This document shows positions 8,300-19,639 of a DNA stretch of 38,381 nucleotides, piece after piece. Source of the stretch: Perkinsus chesapeaki ATCC PRA-425 (Eukaryota > Protista > Perkinsozoa). How positions within the stretch are numbered: the stretch's first letter is position 1; each line of letters starts with the position of its first letter. The stretch is from the NCBI GenBank assembly GCA_013115145.1, contig JAAPAO010000336.1, forward strand, positions 1 to 38,381. Direction: 5' to 3'. The notes under the pieces are model-generated. The model was not told the origin of the DNA. It worked only from the letters and a program-made list of their open reading frames with translations, and searched no databases. The translations under genes were made by a program, and so were the position numbers.

Positions 8300-10815
8300 C
8301 AGTTGGTCATAAGGGACCTTATGGAATCCGTTATCCTACAGCAATAAAGAGCATTCTGCCAATCCGCGACAGTCGACTTACAAGCATAGATCCTCTTCCA
8401 CGGAGCGACTCCGTATCTTTTGCCTTTAGGTGGTCTATGGTCTGAGTTGACACGATCACCTAAAAACAGCACAGTGTGCTCGGTCGCTTCTTCGAAGCTC
8501 CACGACGAACTTACTCTCTCCGCACGAATGTATTTCCCCCAGTCCTGCTGGTTGAATCGCAACTCTCTTGCATTTTGAATGTGCTGAATGCATTTGGACG
8601 AGGGATCGTAGAAGCTGTCGAAAATCCTCTGAAAGGAGCGTTGAGTAGAAGCCCTTACGGTTGCTTCGCAAAGTTCTGCGAGGAGGTGGGGATGGTGCAA
8701 ACCGGTGAATCTCGGGGGGAGAATCTCAACTGTTCTGCCCAGAATGCAGTCTGAGTCATACGATTGATTCTCATAACTTGACAGTGCTCTGCCTTACGGT
8801 CATTTTCCCGCTCTGTGGCGCTCGCCGCGGGAGAGGCTGGAACCGTCGCTTTTCTCGTTGATGACGATATCTGACGCAATGAGTGGGGGGTCCCAACTCC
8901 ATCAGCTCCGCTTACCGAGGACCGGCAGCCGTGCGCTCCCAGGGATACTCCAGAACTGGTGAGCTATTGGCACGATGAATGAACCTACTTCAGCGTGGTG
9001 CAGTTGCAGGTGCACTGACCAGTTACTTATCGATATTTGGTTGAAACGTGCACTCGTTGACCAATTCATGCTGCTCCTGTGTCCGCTCTCTTTCCGCGAA
9101 TGAAGTGTTCAATACGCACTTAGCATGACCAGGAGAGAGTGGCCGCGGACTCCTGAACCCGCAGGATGGTTCCAAGAGCAATCGAGCCGCCAACCTTGAA
9201 TCCGCCTCGTATGATGCGCCATAGATACTTCCTAGTCTGAGCTCCATTCCCCGTTCACGCATACTCCTCCTGTAGTTGGATGGCTCGGGAGGTAGGCCAC
9301 GCCACTTGTTAATTTTCGGCCTATCGAGAACCAGCCAACTAGACCCGAAGAAAGATCCAACATCAAATATCTAGACCGGCAAATATATCAAAGCCACCAG
9401 TGCAGGCCATTCTTTTGCAAGGTGGATTGTGTCAACTGGCGCACTATGTAACTCACACAAATCCTGTCTGCTGCGCAACTGTAGCGCAGTTCACTATTAC
9501 TAGCTATCAGTATCGCATCATCAGCATCTCACACTTGTGATACTAACACCCATTAATCATTCTTAACACTGCTCTGTCTCATCAACTATAGGGTGATATA
9601 GAGCTTTTTCCGCCCAGAGTATTAGTCGACCGAGTAGTTCCAGGGCTAGGCCCGCCACCTGCCTTTCGACGGCAGTGAATGGACTGTGGTCGGCCCGGTT
9701 GTCAGATCGTGAGTCGCTACCACCAGGGATCAATCCTGGATCGTTTACATGTCGAACGTTCGTGCTACAACTATGTTATGGTCACGTGTTATCTCCAACG
9801 AGATAGTGCACTGGTATGTTGTGGTGACAGTCAGACTGTCACCGTCGTTTTCGGAAGCGTATCATTCACGGTGTTAGGTATTGTGATGTTTGTCCGTCTC
9901 ATTGAGCTGTGAACTATCCTCTTTGAGGAGATGCTGTTGGCTGCGGCATACTTCAGTTGTTGAAGTTTGATATTGACTATCAAACTTTAGCCTTCCAGCT
10001 TACTTAAATGTGCATTCCTTCTTCTCTTCCTCTTCAAGCTCCTTTTGCCGCTTCTCCGCAGCTTTCAATCTTTTCTCCTCTCGATCTTGCAGTCGGGCCT
10101 CTAGTCTCAAATGGAAGTTTGAAACTGCCGATGATTTTCAGATATCTTTACGGAGCTTGACATCCTTACTGGGATCAGGTCTGCCGTTGGTCGCTGTTTG
10201 CTCTGCCTCTTCAGCTGCAACATGGAAGTTCACCGGTGCACTGTAATGTCCCTCTAAGGGAGGTCTATATCGGTCTTCGTCAGTACGAGCTGCTATTGGG
10301 GAGGATATCTGAGACAACAAAAACCGATGAGTGCTCGATGATGATCATTTCATTGCTCACCGAACTAGCCCGAGAGTGCTGAATACCCTCATTGAGAGGG
10401 TACCATACGACTCCATATTCTTACCTTGCTGACACCTCCATTATCTTCACCGCCGCCAAGCGCCACGTTCATCCGCATGGGCTTCGGCGGCGTTCGTTGG
10501 AATGGATTCAAATGCTCCTCGTCTTCGATATTCGAGCTACCCACTGATCGCTTCTGTTTGCTCGACCTCTCAGCCGTCCTGGTAGATCGACCGTATTTCT
10601 TCATGCTTCTCTCGACAGCCTTGATAAAGCTATGCCGATCTATTTCACCGCGTCTATTAACTAGCTCAACCTACGATTGACATACAAGTGCTTTTGACAA
10701 TGAGTACTCCCGTGAATGACCTACGATGTTTGTCAAGGACTTCCTGAGCAGGTCAGCTTGATCTTCCGACAGTGTATCCACAAGTCGTTCTATATTAACA
10801 AGTGACACTCGTCTG
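8300..10815 (-). pseudogene. Multi-exon coiled-coil protein with ECTFxP repeats and an EF-hand-like segment; at least one in-frame stop
   Basis: Exons join in frame: ...KSLTNI | VELVNRRGEIDRHSFIKAVERSMKK...GGVSK |. One exon reads RKDI*KSSAVSNFHLRLEARLQDREEKRLKAAEKRQKELEEEEKKECTFK before a GTAAG donor, with TGA at 10138-10140. A second ECTFQPNIDK lies at 9023-9055. Confidence 0.6.
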
Positions 10816-11759
10816 AACAAGCAAAGTAAAATTCCTTTTCTAAAAAACGATGAAATGCTCTAAGAGGTAATGGGAGCATGATGCTGCAGTCCTTCAGCCA
10901 CCACCGATGCCAAGCATCATTCAAGCTTTAAACGTTCGAGCGAGAATCTCCGTCGAGTTGCTAGAAACGCGTTTTAAATGATTTACACTGTAAATTTTAC
11001 AGTACAGCATTTCAAGGAAAGTCGGCCTAGAGCGAGGGCGGGTTGTATTTTCGGAATAATCAACACCCAGCTTCACGCCAACGCGCCACATAATTCCGCG
11101 ACAACATGAATGAATACTCGAAGTACTTACTTGGAGTTACGCGGATTCAATGCTGCGAAAAGCGCCTCGCTTCTATTTGCATCAAGACCTCTGGGCGGTA
11201 GTCCTTTGCGGGCAACAGACTTCATTAGTAACAACCGAAAGGCAGAAGAAGTCAGCTATTTGTACTGTAAAGTTACAACGATACGCCTCAACTTCTCCTC
11301 CAGAGAACTCGACACCGTTGATCCAGCAGCGCATGAGCAAAGGTCGCAAAGACATCGACTAAATGTAACTTTTGTAAGCATCAAGTGCTACCCTCCCGGA
11401 GTTCTTGAATGGCATGCCGGAGGTTGCCAATTCGTGGCAGCTTGGATGAGTTCGTCACCCGTCAGGACACTTGGACTGGCTTTCGGCCTGCAGGGATGGA
11501 CCCAGTACCGTGCGATGAGTGAAATGGTTTCGATGAATTCACATCGCATAAAAAGTCTGCAGCTACTAGTTATAATATCTACCTAGAACAACTAAGTCAT
11601 CCAAGGTCTAACGATGTTAAACACATAGTTCAAAAACCGTATCCCCTAAAAGCACCGCCAGAATCTTTCACTGATTCCTCTAATGATGTGAATGGTTGTG
11701 CAAGGCGACTACCGCGCCATGGCGATTGGCCGGTACTCAGCGATTCTATGGAAATAGTG

Positions 11760-13065
11760 GCTCACCTGTTTCGTTCTCTCGGGTCTTTTGCACACAATTT
11801 CTGTCCCCCTCTCGAGCGTCCAGTATCGAGACTAGACTTCGCCCTCAGTATGCGGCGGTAATGACGTCTCATCCCATGTAGTCGCCTGATGCCATAGCGG
11901 TACAGCTGATGTCTCGTAGAGATAACCCACTCAAGCTTCTGATTTATACCCGAGTTCTGGCAGCTGCACGCCTTCGCAAAGGACTTTGCCTGTTTCACGT
12001 CCTCGTTCATGGGGAGCCGACTGACGCGAAAAACGGTTCAATAATGTTAGAAAAGGAATGCAACTTCCTCAGCGGCCGAGGCAGGCTAGAAGCTGAAGAG
12101 TAAACTATCCAGTGGGTCTTGTAGGATTTGATTCAGCTTTCGGTCCGAGTTCACAGGAAGCCTTATTTTTCTTAGACACTCGGATAAAAGCTACGTCGGT
12201 GGAGAGTAATGTGCTTCTCTTCTTTTCGGTATTTTTATCGCCTTACAGTCTCTGTAGTGCAGAGCCTGTATGCCCTCGAGCACTGCTAATGCGTGATGAT
12301 TTTCGGACTGATTTTTCCAATGTGAGCGGCCATGCATTCCACCGCTCCTCAGACATCAATGCGTTTGCGTTACCTCGACCTCGGGAGATGCTCCAGAGCC
12401 TCCTGACCCAGCAGCTCCATGAGCATCTTGAACTCATCGAACGTGACGTATTCAATCTGAGACACTGTGAAGGGGAGCAGGGAACCCGGAAATGGCGACC
12501 TCATCCGATTCCATTTCCTCCTTCAAATACGCAGAATCAACTCCTGCAGAACGCGCCATTCGGAGCATGTCCTGTCGACCGATAACGAACGCGCCGCTTG
12601 TGTCCACTGCCTCGAAGGCCCTGGATGGAAATTATCATGCTCGAATGACCGAAGGATTCACACTAGTTCCCCCTAGGGTGCTGGTTGTGTAATACCTAGT
12701 ATTTCGCAGATTCTATGGCTAATGAACGGTCAGGATTTACATAAGGGACGGTAAACGACAGTGACGATCGACCATTATTTATTAGGAATCACAATAAAAC
12801 CCTTCATGTGGTGAGCAGTAGCTACTAGCACAGTTCGCGGTATTGTTATCATTACATTCTCTCCGCTTTTTCGAGAGCGCCACAGTACTATTCAGCTACC
12901 GCCCAAAGTGTTGCCCTTCCCCTCCTCACCTCAAAAGACAGTCTTCTCCCTTTTTCCTCTCTAATCGAGATGAACACCGACTGCTATCCATATCGAAGTT
13001 GCTCGGGCATACCAAAGAAGGCTATCAGGCTCAGTGCTGCAGTGAAATCGTTTGGAACTTCTAGT
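11760..13065 (-). pseudogene. Multi-exon EF-hand protein, possibly the 5' part of the gene at 8300-10815; in-frame TAG codons
   Basis: Exons 12620-12500 (AFEAVDTSGAFVIGRQDMLRMARSAGVD...) and 12456-12374 (IEYVTFDEFKMLMELLG...) splice in phase via GT-AG. The upstream exon 13065-12930 ends RRLSFE before a GTGAG donor. TAG occurs at 12984-12986 and 12286-12288. Confidence 0.6.
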
Positions 13066-13289
13066 CTGATAATCACTTCCGTTCCTGTCTACTCGTTGGA
13101 CCAATAAATCTAGTTGATACTGTAACGTGCGACTTGCTTGCATACAATGCACAATAAACAATTATTATTATTAATTAATAGATTATTATTCATAATCCAC
13201 GGGCGCTGCTCCGTATATATCCGAAGAGCGTTCCACAAAATTTTTCATCTCAAACGCTAAGAACAGCACATCTGTTGCCTTGCGCCGTG

Positions 13290-13961
13290 AGCGACTTCTA
13301 GAGCCCAACTGACTGAGCCAAAACAGCTTCACAATGCTGCCGGCATCCCTCGGGAACTTTTTCGCAAGACGTTAGCTTATCTACGATAGCTTGTCAGGGA
13401 TGAGTTGTTGACTGTTGTGATCCCCCCAACTGTTATTAAACTCGATTCAGGCCATCGTGTCCAGGCTATCCCGTATCGAACACTGTACTTTCCAGAAGCC
13501 TCCGACCAAGACACATGTGATGTCGACCGTATGATGATGAAGGTGATGAAGCAACTGCCTGAGAAGGTACGCTTTCTTCTTCGGAGGTCCTCCGATCGCG
13601 CAGATAGAGCCTAGTGGTTGCCAGTACGAATATGGTAGTTCCGAGTGTTGCACATCACACGCGCGTACAACTATCTGCTTCGACAATAAGTTGCGGAAAG
13701 TTCTTAATTATAAACTTCGAAGGACAGCAGAAATTCCGTAGAACTCACCAAAACTGGCATCGGTTCCTTCTGAAAATAAACGCGCAAAAGCGGGTGGTAA
13801 AATCTGAGATTCGACATGAGCCATTGCGAACTGCAGAAGAGCAGAAACCCACTCGTTATCCTTGGACGGCAAAATTTGAAACCGCTCCTCCCAGCCATGT
13901 TGCGGAGTCGATAGCCGCGAGTTTGATTCCCGATGAGACCATCGAGATTCTTTCAGCTTGA
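13290..13961 (+). CDS. Multi-exon hypothetical protein (partial model)
   Basis: ...GIPRELFRKT | DELLTVVIPPTVIKLDSGHRVQAIPYRTLYFPE...KQLPEK | joins in phase through short GT-AG introns. No family is recognised, and the ends and integrity are unclear. Confidence 0.4.
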
Positions 13962-15490
13962 ACGGATCACTCGTGACTAGTCCGTTCGGCGATGGCCAAG
14001 CCGATGATGCCCGTGCATCCGAAGAGTGAGTGGTGGCGGCAAAGTGCTTGCTGCCTGAGAACCAGGAAAGGTAGCGTTTCATATTCCCTTGAGGCCGAGT
14101 TAAATCCTATTTGGAAATACAAGTCCATAGCCCCTGTAAAATCCCGACAAAACATGCCGGGGGATCTATAGGAGAGCTTCTATATGAGGAGTTGTTCCTT
14201 TGAGAAAGGAATCTTTTCAGATGTCGAAATGTGGGGCTCCGGCATAGACAAAGGTGCCAAATATAGTGGGCCACATAATAGTGCTGGTCTCGCTGCTATG
14301 GAATCCAGTCACACATTTCCTTTTTTGCAGTTTATAACAAACATTAAACGCGTTACGAACTGCAAGTCGCTCGCCGGAGAATCGCTAAGTCGTCTTTGCA
14401 CTATCATCACGTGAACTCCATGACCGTGAGGGGCGCGGCCCACTCCACCCAGCCTCCTCAACATGTGCGATCCTAGAGGCAAACGGGGTCCTTAATGCGG
14501 GGAAACGCAAATTTCAATCAAGTGATGTCCAATCCGAGCGGGAGGGCGAATAAGGGATATGCCAGCAGTGAGCAGATCAGGATTTTATCAGTTACCGAGT
14601 GAGCTGATTGTCGATTGCGTCATGTCCATTGCAATTGAAGCCGATCTGTTACACCTGTGCAGAAGGGTGCTTTATTAGACAAAGAAGTCATCTACCCTTG
14701 AATGAAACTGCGCTCATATCGCTCCTCGCTCTCATCTTCAAGGTAGAGCGGTCTAAAGAAGGTCGTTATATTTGCACTCACTGCTGAATGACCGCAGCAG
14801 TAATACTAGGAACTAGGAGCTATCAACCTAAAGCTGTGAACGCTCACAATTGCACGGGAAATTTCAAGGTTGCGGAGCATACTCGGTCAGCTATCTGTAT
14901 CTTGCCACAGTACGTGGCTAGTAATGCTATAATAGTATTAATTCAATAATAACAATGGTCTTTGAGTCCTAGTGAGTCTCGGGTAAAAACCCATGGTGAA
15001 TAATATTAGCCGGATTAATAGGAAGATGTTTGCCTTCCCTCGGGAAGTACGATGCGAAATATGTCGCAGCTTACCTGTCAAAATACGATCTAAACTGCAT
15101 ACATAGCTCTGAGTTTTGGTTGGAATACAAACAAGTAAGACGATTGTTCCAAAGATACGGAGCAGATTGATTATTCGCTCGGATGCACCTATAGGGTAAC
15201 CTCTATAGGCAACAAGGTTATAGCGCATCTTACCCAAAGGAGCGACTGCAATGGTCGGTCGAGGTAGAGCCTAGGGTACGCAGAAATTCTGATAGAAAAA
15301 CCGTCAAATAACACCGGATTTTGTGGACTAACCTGACGACCTTGCCAGAGTCGCTCTGAGGTGCTCCTGATGAGAGCGCTTGCAATAGCGTTTGTCTTCC
15401 GAAGGAGTAGCTACTAGTGACAAAGACCGGGACATAAAGCGTCTTAAAGACTCAAATCTTCAGATGCATGATAGATCGATTAAGTACATA

Positions 15491-15571
15491 TATTATACTA
15501 TATTATTGATATACTGTAGATGCCTATATTATACTATATTATTGATATACTGTAGATGCCTATATTATATT
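15491..15571. repeat. 36-nt tandem duplication in an AT-rich segment
   Basis: TATATTATACTATATTATTGATATACTGTAGATGCC occurs as two exact copies (15491-15526, 15527-15562) plus a partial third. Confidence 0.95.
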
Positions 15572-16303
15572 TTACTGGTACTCAAGCCTACCATTAATGA
15601 TCCATTACCGGTAGGCTTTGTTATCAGTATATATATTGTACACTACTTCGATTGTTATACTTCAACTGTTACTAATAAATATATAGTACGTACTACTGTT
15701 ACACTGAACTATTGCACGATTACCGTCATACTATTATGGCTTTGAATCGATCTCTTTAGCAATTCTGAGAGTCGATAACCGACCGAAGGATCGCCCCACA
15801 CTAATGAATCACTTCTGAAAGCCACAAGTGATTTCAGTATCGCCTTTACGGGAACAATGCGAGTCCACATAGAGCTTCAAATTCTACTTTTCAACTCAGC
15901 CGCTATCTATCCCAACAGGAGGGGCCGGCAGGGATCTACCCTATATCAATAGTCCGAGCATTTTTCCAGCTGGCCTGCTTACGGTGCAAACGGAAGCACA
16001 AGCCTTGCCCATTTGATACTGCTAGTCAATTCCGAACTTGGTGTAAAAATAAAGATTCTATTAAATCACTCCCAAACCAGCTTACACAGCAAGCCGGCTT
16101 TTCAAAGGGAACTGCTAAAAAGCAATTTAGCAAGTGAGAGCAGGTTTTCCGTTTGCCGAAATCAAGGAAAAATGAACACTTCGGGTAAGTCATTTTGGGG
16201 CGTGCCTCTAAAGACTTGCTTTTTTCCTGCATTACATGCAGCTAGGCATTTTCTGTAATGGAGCGCAAGACAGCCTGAAACTAACCGCAAAATTGTCGTC
16301 TCA

Positions 16304-19299
16304 ATGTCTCATAGAACAAAGTCGGCCCTCGAAGGGACAGAAAGATTGTGTTTGAGGTATGCTTGGAGCGAAAGATACGAATTAGGTCAAGTTTGTTGCA
16401 GGTACGAGGAGACTGGTGATATCATTTACGGCCAAGGATTCACATGTGTCGTTACGTTGGCCAAGGATAAGTTAACTCGGAAAGTAACTGACAGCTTGCG
16501 GACTCGTCAACCAACGAGTCCACGTTGTGCTTGAAATAGGAATCCGATTCAGGGTATCACAACTGGCGTACTGGACACAAAGTCATTGTTTTAGTAGGCT
16601 AATCTTTGCTGTTGTTAACCGTACGTCTTGTCAACCTTCTACCGTTAATAAAATACTTCTCTGAATGGAAATATGTATCTCTATCCCCATTTAACGGGTC
16701 CTTTACAGTGCACTCGAGCAGGTGGTTGCCGAAATGTTTACATTCATCTTTACCGTGTCGGTGACATTTTCGGCTTGCTCTATGAGTTCTTTGAAGATGC
16801 GCGTTCTCCCGTCACCGTGTATTTTGGTGTTGCTCTTCAGGAAGTAGCTGTGAAGGCCATTCTTAAATCCAAGTTGTACAGTCCAGTCGAGCTTGAACGT
16901 GCCGAGTAATACTTTTCCACTGTTGAATGACACCAGGCCCTTTCTGGGGGGGGGGGCAAAGAGCGGTCGTCGTTAGGCCATGTCTGGTAACGGACCACGG
17001 CAACTCACATTAAGATACTTGTAAAAATGAATCTCAATAATCTCATGAAATCTGTATAGCGAGTGATGTGGTAATTTCATTGCGTGTTCTTGTATGTTCT
17101 TGCTCGCCAACGTTAACGAGCAAACACTGTTGCTAGTAGTACTGTCCTATCAGAATACAGCAACTAGGGATTAGGTATCATTTAAGGGTACCGTGGTGAA
17201 GGCTGACTGATTTGGCTCGGGTTTTAGGGCAGAAGTTGCCTGGCATTCTGGTCTGTTTCATCCGTATATTTTACCGGTGCTTGATACGGAGGAGACAGCG
17301 AAGAGTTTGGTGCTTGTGATGCCATATGGTAGATTAATAACTTAATTATTGCCGTTCTAATCTCTGTCGTAGCTCCCATGGGAGATCTGTATCATTTGAC
17401 TAAGTGCGCTACTTCACCTGAACTAGCTGTACGAAACTGTATGAGCCAGGTAAATGCAGGGTGCCGGGATTGAACCCGGGACCTTTTGATGTTGGTCCTC
17501 AGTTGGTCAGTGCCCTTGATTATCTGCACCGTAAAGGTCTTGTACATGGGGATATCAAGCCGGTAGTAGCGGGAGAACGCATCAGGCCTTCTGAGGGCGT
17601 CTAACCGGTGGAAATAACATCCGAAATTTCTACGGTGATTGTTGTGGAATATGTCAACTGGTGTATATTTATGATTTTAACAATATACTTACTACACTTA
17701 CTACTTACTACTTTTAACATACCCGACTTTAACAATATAGATTCCTGACATAAAACATAAAGGTAAATGTTGAACTTCAGACAGTAAAATAGTATTTGTA
17801 AAAATACGTTATATATAGTGCATAATGTAGAGCGTATGGTCCAGTCGAATGTGTGGATGTGTGCATATATACGTAGTAAACGTTATAGTGTAGGTTAGTG
17901 AAGCTAGTTAAAGGTAATAGTAAAGTTGAGAATGTAGTAAAGCATAGGAAAATATTATGTGTAGGACAACACAATGCATAATGTAGCGAGTATGGTCTAG
18001 TCGGATATGTGGAAGGGCGGATGGAACTTGTTTATTATGGAACATTATCAAGGGATCTCGTTTGCTGCTGGTTGTCTTAGACAGTTCTGTCCCGCAAAAG
18101 CCAACACAAAAATATTGCACGCATGCGTCAACTTCCGTTCTGTTAATTTATTCTGCACACAAGGCCGCCGAGTTGCTTTCTGTATTCCAGCACAATGTTT
18201 TGGTGTACGAACGGCAGGGCCGGTTGATTGTACAACTGTGCGATTTCGGCTTCACAGAACCGGTCCGAGAGGACACCCAGAAGATTACCTTCACCACTCT
18301 CCGAGGTTCGTAAAAGCTGCTACGCTCCGCCATTTTTTGGAAGGCACGTCCGGCTATTTCGCTCCGGAACAGTTGGCCAAGAAAAGTTACGACGGTGCGG
18401 TCGACATGTTCGCCCTCGGCATCACAGCCTTCACTATGTTATGTGTATGGAGGACTGCTTCGCTCCGCTAGAAACTGCGGCATTTTTCGCAGGGATATGA
18501 GCCTTTTTATCCACTGAACGTATTTCATGAACCTATCGAGTTTAATGACGATTGTTGGAGTGGTATTAGCGATGATGCTAAAGATTTCTTGCGGAGGTAT
18601 CGAGGGGGACTGGGCGGCTGGGGGGCGGGGGAACTGGGTTATACGTATGAGTCGATTCTGTATACGTTAAACAGTTGGTGGCTAGTTGATTAAAATAAAT
18701 GATTGACGAGAAGTGCATTTGTCTTATGTTGGAAGATTCTTTGAATATATATTATGGAATCTGTTAGGCAAAGTCGTCAACGAACGTAGATGCCATTCTA
18801 TGTTCACTTTCAATGCCGTACGTATGAGCCTTGATAAAATCTGCAGGAGTACAGGGGACATATCATATGCTTTCCACGAGCTGCATTTGAAGGGGATAAC
18901 AATATATAATCATTATATTATAATGTCTACTTCTACTAGTAGAATGATTAGATATCGTCCATATATCCTATTCCCATAAGGGGGAAAGGGTCGAGGGATG
19001 AAGAGGGAACCGGCTTAATAGGCAGTACAGACTTGCAGTGCACTACAGTGATTATTGTGGAGGAATTGTTGGTGATGTGGGTAGGTGTGCGTGATAGGTG
19101 TCTCAAGCTGGACCCTACGGAAAGGTTGTCTGCTGGTGAAGCTCTCAGGCATCCTTGGCTAGATTTAACCACTCAATTGGTAGGGGTGGGTTGCGCGCAT
19201 TTACTGGGATGGGCGTTGTTCAGCCGTGTGGAGCTGACGCGGATCTCGCACTAGATTTCTGGCATGCCGCTGAAGCAGCGGCAGAGGGCCTTGATTTGA
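16304..19299 (+). CDS. CAMK-group Ser/Thr protein kinase, 11 exons, about 294 aa, apparently intact
   Basis: Exons 16304-16356, 16402-16483, 16841-16905, 17228-17328, 17373-17449, 17503-17562, 18191-18305, 18344-18444, 18493-18596, 19098-19179 and 19255-19299 are all GT-AG and phase-consistent. Motifs: GQGFTCVV, VAVK, HGDIKP-HN, DFG, GTSGYFAPE, DMFALG, WSGISDDAKDFL, R-LSAGEALRHPW. The last exon is the least certain. Confidence 0.92.
17455..17492 (-). ncRNA. tRNA-derived 3' half (variable loop, T arm, acceptor strand), antisense within kinase intron 5
   Basis: The minus strand reads ...ACATCAAAAGGTC CCGGG TTCAAT CCCGG CACCCTGC A: a 5-bp T stem with a loop one base short. No 5' half is present. 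Confidence 0.5.
17819..18013. repeat. 39-nt dispersed direct repeat in kinase intron 6
   Basis: 17819-17857 and 17975-18013 are 34/39 identical. Confidence 0.85.
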
Positions 19300-19639
19300 A
19301 CCTCAATGATTGGCAAGTAGCTCCCAGCCCGCGGACCAAAGCACGGTGAGAACTGCTGATATTTTCATGCACTGTATGAGGAGGAGTTATCGGACATGCA
19401 ATGCTGTTGTTGGAAGGGGAGTGTGGGCGGACAAAGGGGAAATTAGCTTTAGCTGGTGCGATTGATTGGTGCTGATGATGAACGTAGATACGACGCTTTA
19501 CGCTTTGAACGAGGAGCTTCTATGACATGTTAGTGCGTTACGTATTATAATAAGGCTGAATTAAATATTAGTAAAAAATGATACTATTATTATTTTTCTA
19601 TTGTTCATGTTTGTGTGTGATATCATCGGGTTACATTCT

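Noticed and set aside
15367-15410. Hammerhead ribozyme (CTGATGA followed by a stem)
   Set aside because: The GAAA core does not follow stem II, and stems I and III cannot be formed.
18715-18898. Reverse transcriptase relic (minus-frame STFVDDF) in kinase intron 9
   Set aside because: There is a single short motif with three stops around it and no other RT block recognisable. An HMM search would be needed.
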